Below, piece after piece: positions 63,171 to 64,000 of a stretch of 64,000 nt of DNA; within the stretch, counting starts at the first letter, position 1, and the number at the start of each line of letters is the position of its first letter. Source of the stretch: Lama guanicoe (taxonomy: Eukaryota); contig MU054033.1 in the NCBI GenBank assembly GCA_013239625.1, positions 1-64,000 of the forward strand, in the 5' to 3' direction. The notes beneath the pieces were generated by a model. That model saw only the letters and a list, made by a program, of their open reading frames with translations. It had not been told where the DNA came from and searched no databases. The translations under genes were made by a program, and so were the position numbers.

Positions 63171-64000
63171 ACAATGCCTCTATTAAAATAGCTGTTACAG
63201 TTCCTATTTGACTGACAGGAGTCAGACACACGCCACGGGTTCTGCAGAAGTAGAATGGGTTAATAAACTACAGTATATTCATATAAGGGATCGTTATACT
63301 GAAAGGCAGTTGAACATTTTATTGCTGTACCTGGGTGAAACTCACAAACTCAATGCTGTGACAAAAAGAACGTATATGGGATGATTTTAGAAACTTACCT
63401 GCATTCTAAAATGAAATCCTCTTGTTTCGGGACGCATATACTGGGTGTGAAAATGTAACAAAAAGCAAGGACATGGTTACCATGAGCCACAGGGGAGCAG
63501 ACGCCCCCGGCAGAGAGGGAGGGCTTACTGCCGACAGGAAGGACATGCTTTGCAGCATCAGCCATGTGTCCCGTCTTCTCCCGAGTGCAGGTTAGAGATG
63601 CTTTATACCCTTTGCTGTCTGTGTGTCATAGCTCACAATGTGAAATGTTTTGTTTGTGATTTTAATTCTAATACAGATGACTTTACAACTTGAATGAACT
63701 TGCAGCCTGAATTTCTATGAAAACTGTCTCTTTCCTATGTGCTTATTTCAAGCCCTCAGTCCTCTGACATGGAATTATGATATTAAAACAGTCTTAGTGC
63801 AGGAAGAAAATGCTGTTTTGAGAACATCACTGACTTCTGAAGTGGCTGGAAAACATACTTAAGAAGCATGGTACTTACTTCACACTGAGCCACAGCGTTG
63901 GTGGTTGTATTAAACAGTGCCAAGGAGGACGAACTTGGGTCTGGCTGCATTAAACCTGGAAGACAACAGCGTTTTTTAAACTACATTGCAACTAACGTTC

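Overview
Mammalian genomic DNA, probably a camelid (inferred from the tRNA-derived SINE and L1 3'-end types), with one 47-nt assembly gap. Three gene-derived elements are present. (1) The end of the long terminal coding exon of a SPATA31 (FAM75)-family gene on + (<3..1475). (2) A 12-exon, strongly diverged copy of the C-terminal half of CDC42BPA/MRCK-alpha on - (56320..33002). It has canonical splice sites, consistent phases and a continuous 616-codon frame encoding C1-PH-CNH, but stops before the Cdc42-binding CRIB motif, and no kinase exons are visible in the window. (3) Just upstream on the same strand, a disabled processed FGF2 pseudogene that keeps the GC-rich 5'UTR and carries, antisense within its 3'UTR, the last exon of NUDT6 (FGF-AS). 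The rest is intergenic or intronic sequence with L1, SINE, LTR/MaLR and Tigger1 remnants, an orphan CpG island near 20 kb and a strong CTCF motif. All homology calls are by-eye comparisons with remembered human proteins, not database searches. Repeat boundaries are approximate.
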